Part shown: in pieces, positions 55,051 to 64,000 of the stretch
How the letters are laid out: each line of letters opens with the position of its first letter
How positions within the stretch are numbered: the first letter of the stretch is position 1
Assembly (NCBI GenBank): GCA_041665485.1
Contig: JBAYIT010000005.1
Location: forward strand, 1,974-65,973
From: Candidatus Shapirobacteria bacterium
Lineage (GTDB): Bacteria; Patescibacteriota; Microgenomatia; UBA12405
Direction: 5' to 3'
DNA length: 64,000 bases
Notes under the pieces: generated by a model
What the model saw: only the letters and a program-made list of their open reading frames with translations
What the model was told of the DNA's origin: nothing
Database searches by the model: none
Made by a program: the position numbers and the translations under genes

Positions 55051-58000
55051 CTACTTAAACCACTTGCCCTCGAGGGAGTGTAGATGATCGGGGTCGGGGC
55101 AGGCGGGATTAATGGGAAACTCTAGGGCAGTTATTTTAGCGTAGGTGTCGGCAATAAGATTAGTGAGGTTTAACTCGTCTTCGGGTGTAATTTTAAAACT
55201 GGGACGGACAAATTGATCACGGCTATTTTTTTGAATAAAATCAATAGTACCGGTAAGATGGGTATACTTAAAGCTTTTACTTTGGTCAACTAATAATTTA
55301 TAAAAGACTAATTGGCGAAAGTAACTGCCATCGGGCCTTAGATCTTTGGATTTAGTGTCGGGATTGCCGGTTTTAAAATCAACAAGGTTAATTAGGCTGT
55401 CTGGCAATATCTCTATCTTATCTATTTTGCCAGTGATGGGAATGTTTTTAAGCTGAATATTGTAGCTCCTAAAATCTTTCTCACTAAAGCAGTTGGTGGA
55501 AAATTCTCTTTGATAGTGGTTATAGTAATCGGTAAGATGAAGTTTGCCGGTAACCAACAAATCATCATAGTCTTGTTTGACTAAATTTTCCCGGTAAAGA
55601 TTTTTTTGAAAAACGGCTAAAAATTGATCAAGATCAATAAGTTGGCCTGTATTTTTGTAAACAGAAAAAAGATAAGCCAAGCTTCCATGAACACTAGTAC
55701 CAAAAGAGAGGGGTTTAGATTTGGCCTTGGGAATTTTTAAGATAGTGTTGAAAAAAAAGCAGAGGGGGCATTTAAGGTAAGAGTTGAGGTGGGTAATATT
55801 GAAGCGATATTTTTGACTAAAGTAAGTAATTAAATAACCGGCGATATCAGGCTTGAGCGAGGTCAATGGCTTTAGGGTAAATTGGTTTTGGAGAGCCAGT
55901 TCTTCAACTTTTACGTCGGCTGATTTTATATCAAGTAGACTTTTGTCGATTTCACTTAAAAAACGGCTTTGGGGTTGCTCTCGGCCATCGGGGGTTTTGG
56001 TGGTGGAAGAAATATAAATCTGGTCTTTGGCCCGAGTGAGAGCGACGTAGAAAAGACGGCGATTTTCCTCAAGTTCTTCATCATAAAGGGCTTCGGTGAC
56101 TCCGGTTTCAATGATGCCGAGGGGGAGTTTGAGGAGATTTCTACCCCGTGATTCTTCCCAGTGGGAGGCGAGAGTTTTGATCAAAAAAACGTGTTCGAAT
56201 TCGAGACCTTTGGCCTTATGAACAGTTAAAAGATGAATCGATTTGGATGAATCTGACAAAAGCGGAGGAGAAACAAGAGAAATATTTTCTGATTGAAAAA
56301 TAGTAAGGCGAGCAACAATATCACCAAAGTTTAGATCGGAGTTGTTTTTAAACTCGGAGTAAAGCCGATCAAGTTGTTTTAAGAGATTTAGGTTTTGTTT
56401 TTTAAGGACTGATTTAACAAAACCAAATCGGCGGATAATTCGATTAAAATTTTCTTGTGATGAAAAATTATTTAGACGAAGATGGGCCTTTTTTATATTT
56501 ATAAATAATTTGGTCTTTTTTAGGAGTTTGTTTTTAAAGATACGGTAAACTTTTTTGTTTGAGTAGCCAATAAAATCAAAACACAGAACCCGACCCAAGA
56601 GATCTTGACTGTCGGGATTAATAACAAGACGAAAAAGATCGATAAGCTGGTTAATTTCGAGAGTGTTAAAGATATTAGCGCCAAAATCTTTTTGAAAATA
56701 GATTTCGTTTTGAGTCAGAACAGGAATCAGATCATCAAAGTCTTTATTGTTTCGAGCTAAAATAGCGATTTGATTAGGAAGAGTGCCGGAGGTGATTAAA
56801 TCTTTGATGGTCGAGATGATCCAAAAATTCTCTTCAGTGGCCGAGCCAGCCGTGAAAAGATTAATTGGATCGGGGTCAAAACCACGGGTGGGGACGAGAG
56901 TCTTGGCAATCCTATTTTGATTAAAATTAATTAATTGTTGGCTGGCATTGATGATTGAGTGATGACTACGATAATTATTTTTTAAGACAATATTCTGTGG
57001 AGAAAAATCTTGGGAAAACCGTTGAACATTTTCAACAGAGGCGCCCTGAAAACGAAAAATTGACTGATCGTCATCGCCAACAACAAAAATATTGGGTTGT
57101 GATTGATGGCTGGTGAGGAGACGAATAATTTGATTTTGAGCAGAGTTGGTGTCTTGATATTCATCAACCAAAATGTACTGATATCTTTCTTGATATTGAG
57201 ACAAAAGAGTGGGATTTTGGGAAAAAGAATTAATGACTTCAAGAATGAGATCATCAAAATCAAAACGGCGACGGACTAAAAGTTCCTGTTGGTACTGGGG
57301 GTAAAGAGAAACCAGTTCCAGTTGTTTTGGATAATTTTTTTGGCAGTCGTCACAAAAGGCGATAAAGGCTGATTTCATTAATTTTGGATTTATTAGATCC
57401 TTAAGAATGGCCGATATTTTAACCCGGTAGGCAGAGTTCAGATCGGGTATTTTAATAATTTGCTCAAAAATATCGGTGATTTGGGAATAGTTTTTTGGGT
57501 AGGCAGTGATTGATTTTAGTTGTTGATAAAAAGAAAAGGTTAAATCAAGAAAGTTTTTAGCCTGATTAACCAAAAGAGATAAGCTTTCTTTGGAAATATT
57601 TTCTTTTTTAAGGCTACTAATGGCAGAAATAATTTGTTCTTGATAATAGTAGGTATCAACCGGACTTTTGAGAGGGCTTTGAGGAGGAAGAGAGTCAATT
57701 AAGTGGCGGATAATTTGGATTTGTTCGATTTTGTCCAAAGGCTGGCTGTCAAACTGAAATCTAATGAAAAACTCGGGGTTGGACTTAATAATGGAAAAAC
57801 AAAGTGAGTGAAAGGTACCAATTTTGACCGAATGGGCGGTGGAACCAATAATTGACAGAAGCCGAGAACGCATATTTTGAGCGGCATTATCGGTAAAAGT
57901 TAAACAAAGGATAGAACTAGGATCGACTTGGGTTTCCAGTAAAATTTTGGCGACTCTTAGGGCAATAGTTTGAGTTTTGCCGGTGCCGGCTCCAGCAAAC

Positions 58001-58089
58001 ACCATTACTGGCCCTTCGATAGTGTCAACGGCCAGTTTTTGCTCAGGGTTGAGAGAGTTGTATAAATTTAAAAAATTTGTTTTGTCCAT
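55051..58089 (-). CDS. UvrD/PcrA-family helicase fused to a C-terminal RecB-family PD-(D/E)xK nuclease with a Cys cluster (AddA/AddB-like)
   Basis: Walker A FAGAGTGKTQT; helicase motifs; C-terminal CPLCFFFN, DFKTG ... QLVFYKLL nuclease motifs, terminal CPDPDH. Confidence 0.8.
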   Translation of the reverse strand: MDKTNFLNLYNSLNPEQKLAVDTIEGPVMVFAGAGTGKTQTIALRVAKILLETQVDPSSILCLTFTDNAAQNMRSRLLSIIGSTAHSVKIGTFHSLCFSIIKSNPEFFIRFQFDSQPLDKIEQIQIIRHLIDSLPPQSPLKSPVDTYYYQEQIISAISSLKKENISKESLSLLVNQAKNFLDLTFSFYQQLKSITAYPKNYSQITDIFEQIIKIPDLNSAYRVKISAILKDLINPKLMKSAFIAFCDDCQKNYPKQLELVSLYPQYQQELLVRRRFDFDDLILEVINSFSQNPTLLSQYQERYQYILVDEYQDTNSAQNQIIRLLTSHQSQPNIFVVGDDDQSIFRFQGASVENVQRFSQDFSPQNIVLKNNYRSHHSIINASQQLINFNQNRIAKTLVPTRGFDPDPINLFTAGSATEENFWIISTIKDLITSGTLPNQIAILARNNKDFDDLIPVLTQNEIYFQKDFGANIFNTLEINQLIDLFRLVINPDSQDLLGRVLCFDFIGYSNKKVYRIFKNKLLKKTKLFINIKKAHLRLNNFSSQENFNRIIRRFGFVKSVLKKQNLNLLKQLDRLYSEFKNNSDLNFGDIVARLTIFQSENISLVSPPLLSDSSKSIHLLTVHKAKGLEFEHVFLIKTLASHWEESRGRNLLKLPLGIIETGVTEALYDEELEENRRLFYVALTRAKDQIYISSTTKTPDGREQPQSRFLSEIDKSLLDIKSADVKVEELALQNQFTLKPLTSLKPDIAGYLITYFSQKYRFNITHLNSYLKCPLCFFFNTILKIPKAKSKPLSFGTSVHGSLAYLFSVYKNTGQLIDLDQFLAVFQKNLYRENLVKQDYDDLLVTGKLHLTDYYNHYQREFSTNCFSEKDFRSYNIQLKNIPITGKIDKIEILPDSLINLVDFKTGNPDTKSKDLRPDGSYFRQLVFYKLLVDQSKSFKYTHLTGTIDFIQKNSRDQFVRPSFKITPEDELNLTNLIADTYAKITALEFPINPACPDPDHLHSLEGKWFK

Positions 58090-58124
58090 GGATTAATTTA
58101 TAGTGGGCAGTGATATGTCCAGAC

Positions 58125-58153
58125 GAGATTGCTTCGCTACGCTCGCAATGACG
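58125..58153. repeat. REP-like dispersed repeat, copy e
   Basis: gagattgcttcgctacgctcgcaatgacg, 28/29 identical to the core of copy c. Confidence 0.65.
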
Positions 58154-58164
58154 TGGTTGTTTTA

Positions 58165-58333
58165 CCTATTTTACAAGACAGGGGGCGCCGGGTTGAGGAG
58201 ATGAAGGATGGCCGTGCATGGCCCAATAGCCATTACTACATACCCAAGTGTCTTCCGGAGTCATGACGCGGGCAAAAGAAACGAAGAGGATTATGAAAGC
58301 AATGATAAGGATAACTGGCCTCATGGGCCTCAT
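58165..58333 (-). CDS. small ORF (about 55 aa) encoding a putative secreted/membrane peptide (coordinates approximate)
   Basis: MRPMRPVILIIAFIILFVSFARVMTPEDTWVCSNGYWAMHGHPSSPQPGAPCLVK; below the ORF-track size cutoff. Confidence 0.25.
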
Positions 58334-58352
58334 AAGTATAACAGAATAAACA

Positions 58353-59762
58353 TTAGATAAGTAGTTTTTCGAGGATTTGGCGGGCGAGGGCGGGATTGGC
58401 GGAACCAGCGGAAAGTTTCATAAGTTGACCAACTAAAAAGCCGATAGAATTGGGATTCTTTTTGTAGTCGTCGATGGCTTTAGGATTATCGGCTAAAACC
58501 TTTTTGGCTAAGTCTTCGATTTTGCCAGTATCAGAGACTTGAAAAAGATTTTGGTCTTTGGCTAAACTCAAGGGATCAGTGCCAGACTGATAGGAATCAA
58601 TAATTAGTTGTTTGATGGCAGTTGAGGATAATTCGCTTTTGTGATCAAAAAGATTTTTAAAGTGGATGGGATTAATTTTTCCAATATCAATGGAAATAGT
58701 TTTTAATGGTCCGATCATTAAATTGGTAACAAATTTAGCAAATTGAGGGTCAGTAGATTTATCTATGGCTTTTTCAAATGAGGAGGAAAAATCCGAATCT
58801 TCGGCCAAAAGACTGGCGTCGTAGTCGGAAAGGCCAAGTGATTTATATTTGGCAATTTTTTCTTGGGGAAGCTCGGGGATGACGGAGCGAATGGCTTCGA
58901 TATCTTCGTTGGTGAATTCAAAAGGAGGAATGTCGGGCTCGGGGAAATAACGATAGTCGGCACTTCCCTCTTTTTCCCGCTGTAAAAAAGTTTGGTTTTT
59001 ATCGGCATCCCAGCCGCGAGTAGTCTTATTACTAGAATTTTTGGTGATGCCGGTTTGTTGCCAGTCTTGATACTGGCGGTCGATTTCGAATTGAATGGCG
59101 GTCATGACGCCGGTTAGCGAAGCGACGTTTTTGATTTCGGCTAGGGGTGTATAAACAGTCTCTTCCCCTGTCTCAATTTTGAGGTTAACAGTGGGTTCGC
59201 AACGCATACTGCCTTTTTCAATATCAGCATCGGAAATGCTCAAATAACGAATTATTTGCTGAATTTTGTTTAAGTATTTTTTGGCCATTTGAGGGCTTTC
59301 GATATCCGGCTCGGAAACAATTTCAACTAGGGGTACACCGGAGCGATTGTAATCGAGAAGAGTTAGATCGTTAAGATGAACAGATTTACCAGTGTCCTCC
59401 TCCATGTGGACACGATTGATGCGAATGAGGTGGCCATCAATATCGATTTGACCGCCAATAGTAAATGGTTTTTGATATTGGCTAATTTGGTAGCCCTTGG
59501 GAAGATCGGGGTAAAAATAATTTTTGCGCTCAAAAAAAGACTGTTTGTTGACCGAACAGCCTAATGATAGCCCAAGTTTTAAGCACCAGTCGATAGCAGT
59601 TTTGTTGGGGACGGGCAGGGCGCCGGGGAGGCCAAGGCAGACGGGACAGGTGTGAGTGTTGGGGTCAACATGAAAGTGGTCGGCATTACAGTCGCAAAAC
59701 ATTTTGGATTTGGTTTTGAGTTCGACGTGGACTTCAAGACCGATGATGGGAGTAATAACCAT
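58353..59762 (-). CDS. gatB: Asp/Glu-tRNA amidotransferase subunit B
   Basis: PIIGLEVHVELKTKSKMFC N-terminus and C-terminal YqeY-like tail. Confidence 0.93.
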   Translation of the reverse strand: MVITPIIGLEVHVELKTKSKMFCDCNADHFHVDPNTHTCPVCLGLPGALPVPNKTAIDWCLKLGLSLGCSVNKQSFFERKNYFYPDLPKGYQISQYQKPFTIGGQIDIDGHLIRINRVHMEEDTGKSVHLNDLTLLDYNRSGVPLVEIVSEPDIESPQMAKKYLNKIQQIIRYLSISDADIEKGSMRCEPTVNLKIETGEETVYTPLAEIKNVASLTGVMTAIQFEIDRQYQDWQQTGITKNSSNKTTRGWDADKNQTFLQREKEGSADYRYFPEPDIPPFEFTNEDIEAIRSVIPELPQEKIAKYKSLGLSDYDASLLAEDSDFSSSFEKAIDKSTDPQFAKFVTNLMIGPLKTISIDIGKINPIHFKNLFDHKSELSSTAIKQLIIDSYQSGTDPLSLAKDQNLFQVSDTGKIEDLAKKVLADNPKAIDDYKKNPNSIGFLVGQLMKLSAGSANPALARQILEKLLI

Positions 59763-59767
59763 AATTT

Positions 59768-59809
59768 AATTTTTAATTTGAAATTTTTAATTTTTAAACA
59801 ATTTTTAAT
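59768..59809. repeat. 42-bp AT-rich dispersed repeat, copy 2 (overlaps the last codons of the ClbS-like gene and the gatB upstream region)
   Basis: aatttttaatttgaaatttttaatttttaaacaatttttaat. Confidence 0.7.
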
Positions 59810-60246
59810 GACTTAATTGTCTGTAAGTGATCGGTAACATGTTGGATCCAGATTGAAAGATATTTTTGTGGAGTACGACTTTTTTTCTCTGGAAATAGCG
59901 GTTTGTCCCAATAAATTTTATCCAAATTTCTTAATTTGTTAATTAGTTTTTGACTGGTCTGTTGATAGGTTTTAATCACATTTTGATAACTATCGTTTTT
60001 GAACTTGGCGGTAGAATTTTTATTAAGATTAGGGATAGTAACCCAAATAGATTTTTCAATTTTATTATTGATTAGGTTGTCTAATTCTTCAATAAAATGT
60101 TCATCCCAGCCAACAAGATGGGCAATGACATCTTTCAAACTCCACTTATCGAATATAATTTCCTCTCTTTTGGCGGCAGGAAAAGAGGAGATGGTTTCAA
60201 AAAAATCTTTTGAGGCGGATTGGAACTGGCTGATTCGGTCGGTCAT
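59794..60246 (-). CDS. ClbS/DfsB-like (DUF1706) four-helix-bundle protein inserted between gatA and gatB
   Basis: 150 aa; WSLKDVIAHLVGWDEHFIEEL resembles the DUF1706 core (family recalled, not searched). Confidence 0.4.
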   Translation of the reverse strand: MTDRISQFQSASKDFFETISSFPAAKREEIIFDKWSLKDVIAHLVGWDEHFIEELDNLINNKIEKSIWVTIPNLNKNSTAKFKNDSYQNVIKTYQQTSQKLINKLRNLDKIYWDKPLFPEKKSRTPQKYLSIWIQHVTDHLQTIKSLKIV

Positions 60247-61712
60247 AATTTAGGGGATTTCAGATGGTAATCGGTGAGGTTTTGGAACTGGTGGCCGAGG
60301 GAGAAGAGTTGAGATTCGGCAAAGTAATTGCCAATAAGCTGGAAGCCAACAGGAAGGTTTTGGGCAGTGAAACCGCCTGGAAGAGCGAGGGAGGGAAGGC
60401 CGGCGACATTAATACAGACAGTGTAAACATCGGCCAAATACATTTGAAGTGGATCGTTGGCTTTTTGGCCAATAGGCCAAGCGGGGGTGGGAGAAACGGG
60501 CGCCAGGATAACATCAACTTTTTCAAAAGCTTTTGAAAATTCCTGTTGAATTAAGTGCCTGACTTTCCAGGCTTGAGTGTAATAAGCATCGTAATAACCC
60601 GCAGAAAGGGCGTAGGTGCCAATAATAATCCGGCGCTTCATTTCCGGCTCCATAAATTCACCACGAGTGGAGAGATAATATTCAAGAAGGTTGGTTTGAT
60701 CACGTTTTGATTGGCCGAAACGAAGGCCGTCGTAGCGGGCCATGTTAGAAGAAATTTCGCAAGGAACTAAAACATAATAGACATCAATACCAAGACCAGT
60801 ACTGGGAAGACTAATATCGATAATTTGGGCGCCTTGAGCTTTAAGAGCTTCGACATTGTTTAGAACAATTTTTTTGACTTCGGGATCAAGGCTACCTTCA
60901 AAATATTCCTTAGGTAGGCCAATTTTTAGGCCAGTAAATTTTGATTGGTTTAGGAGGTTTAAATAATCGGGAACTGACTCTAGACTCGAAGTGGCGTCGA
61001 ACTGATCGTGGCCGGCCATAATGCCAGTAATTAAAGCGGCGTCCTGACTAGTTCTAGTAAAGGTGCCAGGGCAATCAAAAGAAGAGGCCATAGCAGTAAT
61101 ACCATAGCGGGAATTTCGGCCGTAGGTTGTCTTAATGCCAGTAAGACCACAAAGAGAAGCTGGTTGGCGGATAGAACCGCCAGTGTCGGTACCAAGAGCG
61201 AAAGTGCAAAAACCGGCAGAAAGGGCGGCAGCCGAACCACCACTAGAACCACCGGGGACTAGATCCAAATTCCAGGGATTGTGTGAAGTGAAAAAACCGC
61301 TATTTTCAGTACTGGCGCCAAAAGCAAAAGTGTCGGTGTTGGTTTTGCCAATTAAAATAGCATCTTCGTCAATCAGATGCTGATAAACAGTCGAGGAATA
61401 TTGAGGAATGAAACCCTTTAAAACTTGAGAACCAGCGGTGGTTTCGACACCTTGAGTCAAATAAATATCTTTAACGGCCATGACAGCGCCGGCGAGTTTA
61501 CCAAGGGGTTTGCCGGTGGCGATTTTAGTGTCAATCTCCTTGGCTTTATTGAGGGCAACTTCTTTTGTGACAGTAATAAAAGCTTTAACTTGAGGGTCAA
61601 ATTTTTCAATTCTGTCTAAATATTTTTGGGTTAATTCGAGACAACTAATTTGTTTGCTAACCAAGAGGTCACGGATTTCTAAAATAGTTAATAAATTTAA
61701 ATCGAGGGTCAT
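60243..61712 (-). CDS. gatA: Glu-tRNA(Gln) amidotransferase subunit A
   Basis: Amidase signature GGSSGGSAAALSAG; 489 aa. Confidence 0.95.
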   Translation of the reverse strand: MTLDLNLLTILEIRDLLVSKQISCLELTQKYLDRIEKFDPQVKAFITVTKEVALNKAKEIDTKIATGKPLGKLAGAVMAVKDIYLTQGVETTAGSQVLKGFIPQYSSTVYQHLIDEDAILIGKTNTDTFAFGASTENSGFFTSHNPWNLDLVPGGSSGGSAAALSAGFCTFALGTDTGGSIRQPASLCGLTGIKTTYGRNSRYGITAMASSFDCPGTFTRTSQDAALITGIMAGHDQFDATSSLESVPDYLNLLNQSKFTGLKIGLPKEYFEGSLDPEVKKIVLNNVEALKAQGAQIIDISLPSTGLGIDVYYVLVPCEISSNMARYDGLRFGQSKRDQTNLLEYYLSTRGEFMEPEMKRRIIIGTYALSAGYYDAYYTQAWKVRHLIQQEFSKAFEKVDVILAPVSPTPAWPIGQKANDPLQMYLADVYTVCINVAGLPSLALPGGFTAQNLPVGFQLIGNYFAESQLFSLGHQFQNLTDYHLKSPKL

Positions 61713-62005
61713 TTGTCGATGGTTTGGGGAACAATAAAATAGCCGTTTTGTGAGTTTGCCTGACCCAAGGCTTTATCTTGGGGTAATGACTCTTTGATTT
61801 CGTCGGGGCGAAGAACATTTTTAGTCTTGCCGATTTGAAAAGTGGGAACAATTTGACTAACGTCGACTTGAGACAGATGGCCGATATGTTCCAAAATAGG
61901 CAGTAATTGAGAAGTGTAAAGTTCTTTTTCTTCGGGAGTTAATTTGAGCCGGGCCAATTTGGCCACGTGGTCGATATCAATTTGGGGTGTTTGACTGTTA
62001 TCCAT
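61709..62005 (-). CDS. gatC: Glu-tRNA(Gln) amidotransferase subunit C
   Basis: 98 aa; IDIDHVAKLARLKLTPEE. Confidence 0.85.
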   Translation of the reverse strand: MDNSQTPQIDIDHVAKLARLKLTPEEKELYTSQLLPILEHIGHLSQVDVSQIVPTFQIGKTKNVLRPDEIKESLPQDKALGQANSQNGYFIVPQTIDK

Positions 62006-62026
62006 CTTTGGGTTGATTATAACAAC

Positions 62027-63036
62027 CTAATTTCCAGACTTGAACAGTCTAGCTTTGAGGCGGAGGAGTTGCCAGCGGTATTTGTCAATTAAGTTATAAA
62101 GTTTATAAAGTTGCAAGTTTATCAAGAGATCGTAAGTACCGACGAATTGGACTAGGTCGCCGCCATAGCCTTGTTTGAAACGATGAAAGCCGTAACCATT
62201 GTCTATTTCCTTGGCATCGGGGCCAAGACAACCCCACATATCAAAAGATTTGAGTTTTAGAGATTTACCCAGTTTGATTACTTCCCACATCAAAAGAGTG
62301 GGGGCCATGACTTCGCGGTTGGTGTCTAGTGAAGCGCCGTATGGGTAAAAAAGGCGGTCTTTTTCAATAAAAAGCATGAATGAGGCAAGGGGTTGGTTTT
62401 GATAACTGGCAGTCATTATTCGAACTTTACCGGTGTTTTTTAATAGTTGCCAAAGTTTTTGATGATAAGAACGAGTATGGAGATAAAAACCCTGGCGCTT
62501 GGTGGTGTCGAAAAGTAGGTCTAAATAAACTTTAAAACCAGCGTCGGTGGTGGTGTCTTCAACTTTAACGTTGTAACGATTGGCGATACGAATGTTTAAC
62601 GGGTTTTGGGGTGCATGATAGCGAGAAGTTCGTCTTCGGTTTTAGTGAGATCAACGATAAAAGAATAAGGGTAAAAAGCAACTTTGGGAGAAACAACAAG
62701 GTTCTCGAAACCATAGCCAGTTTTACCAATAACATCGGGCTCAAATTTAACAAAAATAGCGTTTTCGTCGAGGGCGATTTTTTGAATATTGGTAATAGTC
62801 TCCTGCGTAATCTCCGGACCACGGAGAACGGTGCCGATAGAAAAGTTAGTGTGAGGAATTTTGTGGAAGGAAACGGAGTAGGCCGAGACCATTTTGGCTT
62901 TATCAAAAACTCCAAGGCGATAAACCTTGTGGCCCTGGCTTGTTTGAAAATCACCCCATTCCCAGGTTTGAACTGGATGGCGAACTAGGTCGTTGTATTG
63001 CTTTTTTTCTTCGGTATAGAGAATTCTGGTAATCAT
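62027..63036 (-). pseudogene. FemX/FemAB-family aminoacyltransferase gene with a frameshift at a ccccaaaaccc tract near 62605-62625
   Basis: N-terminal ORF (62596..63036) has QTWEWGDFQ. C-terminal ORF (62027..62416) has FHRFKQGYGG. A third frame (APQNPLNIRIANRYNVKVEDTTTDAGFKVYLDLLFDTTKRQGFYLHTRSYHQKLWQLLKNTGKVRIMTASYQNQ...) bridges the two pieces without a stop. Confidence 0.6.
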
Positions 63037-63039
63037 GAC

Positions 63040-64000
63040 TTAGTATATATCAGGATCGTAGATGAAATCGGAATCTGACCCTGGTTTTTGGGAACGGAGG
63101 TCGTGGATGATTTGGGTAGATTCGCGAAGTTCGGTTAAATCTGTGGGGATTTCATGGAGAAAACGAGAAGGTTCGTTTAGAGAACTTTTACCATAAAATA
63201 GGCGACGAGTGGCATAAGTTAAACATAAAAATTCTTTGGCCCGAGTAATGCCAACATAACAAAGACGACGTTCTTCTTCGATATCGTCATCAATTAGACT
63301 TCGAGAGTGGGGCAAAATCCCCTCTTCAAGTCCGACAATAAAGACGGCTTCAAATTCCAAACCCTTACTACTGTGCAAAGTCATTAGCCGGACGCCTTGT
63401 CTTTTTTCTTTGGAGCGGTTTTTTTCTTGAAGAGAATATTCCTGTTGAACCAGAGCAATGTTTTCTAGAAAATCGGCAAGTTTGGGGAAAGAAGTGGCCA
63501 CCGATTTTAGTTCTTTAATATTTTCTAAACGACGTTGATCATCTTCATCACTAGGGTCAAATTTATTTAAATAGCCGGAATTGGTTAAAACTGATTCTAA
63601 GACATCAATTGATTTTGATTTAGGAGAAAAGTTACCGAGATTAGAAACAAAAAGGGTTTTGAGTTTTTTGCCCAAGGCTTTTTCGATCCGGCCTTCCGAC
63701 AATTTGTCTTCAGGATTAAAGATAAAACGGAGCATGGCGACTAGATCTTTGATTTCAGCTCGGTCGTAAAAGCGTAGACCGCCAACAAGAACATAAGGGA
63801 TCTCGGCTTTAAGAAAGGCTTCTTCGATTACCCGTGATTGAGCATTGGTGCGATAAAGAACGGCAATATCGGAAAAAGCGAGATGGTAATTCATAACCAG
63901 AGTATTGATTTCATTCCCTACAAAACTGGCTTCATCGAGCTCCGAGGCGGCGGAAAAAACATGAATCAACCGGCTGTCTGGTTTGGTGGCCTTGAGGCTT
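63040..64000 (-). CDS. UvrD/PcrA-family helicase, C-terminal portion (5' end lies beyond the window end)
   Basis: MTLHSSKGLEFEAVFIVG (motif V/VI region), GITRAKEFL; the frame is open to the window edge. Confidence 0.8.
   Translation of the reverse strand, partial: SLKATKPDSRLIHVFSAASELDEASFVGNEINTLVMNYHLAFSDIAVLYRTNAQSRVIEEAFLKAEIPYVLVGGLRFYDRAEIKDLVAMLRFIFNPEDKLSEGRIEKALGKKLKTLFVSNLGNFSPKSKSIDVLESVLTNSGYLNKFDPSDEDDQRRLENIKELKSVATSFPKLADFLENIALVQQEYSLQEKNRSKEKRQGVRLMTLHSSKGLEFEAVFIVGLEEGILPHSRSLIDDDIEEERRLCYVGITRAKEFLCLTYATRRLFYGKSSLNEPSRFLHEIPTDLTELRESTQIIHDLRSQKPGSDSDFIYDPDIY

Noticed and set aside
62086-62125. agttataaagtttataaagttgcaagtttatc, resembling the rpsL-rpsG octamer array
   Set aside because: Lies inside the femX-like coding frame (encodes YKLYNLI); similarity is probably driven by codon composition.

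Overview
The window is a gene-dense, roughly 42% GC chromosomal segment with almost all core genes on the minus strand. It looks like a Candidate Phyla Radiation (Patescibacteria) genome; this is an inference from the gene content: short IF-2 and AlaRS, archaeal-type ProRS, DnaJ without a zinc finger, sortase, many small membrane and secreted proteins.

Core blocks, listed in plus-coordinate order:
- fusA (partial) | 8.7 kb accessory island | rpsG-rpsL-rpoC-rpoB (str/rpo cluster)
- miaB-like, mltG, ruvX, sortase, alaS
- queC-like plus sulfotransferase-like pair
- rodZ-like, ftsK, proS, a compositionally foreign islet, rnj, NYN nuclease
- Lon-like AAA+ core, an inserted cargo gene, pnp-rpsO, DHH-like, infB-nusA
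- dnaJ-dnaK-grpE-hrcA, rmuC, a Panacea/RelE-like toxin-antitoxin pair, a UvrD-like helicase-nuclease
- gatB, ClbS-like, gatA, gatC, a frameshifted femX-like gene, and a second UvrD/PcrA helicase (partial)

The non-core structure I consider most worth following up:
1. A single-gene cargo insertion next to the pnp 3' end, bounded by perfect 32-bp direct repeats that duplicate the pnp stop region.
2. A family of five short palindromic dispersed repeats (TCGCAATGACG / GATTGCTTCG motif) in operon spacers.
3. A 42-bp AT-rich repeat found next to fusA and next to gatB.
4. A foreign-composition islet whose main gene is split at a T8 homopolymer.
5. Paired hairpin/T-run elements flanking the NYN gene.
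6. An 80-bp octamer tandem array in the rpsL-rpsG spacer.
7. A three-member paralogous secreted-domain family.

No rRNA, tRNA or CRISPR array could be supported from the sequence. Coordinates for non-ORF features were placed by eye and may be off by a few bases.
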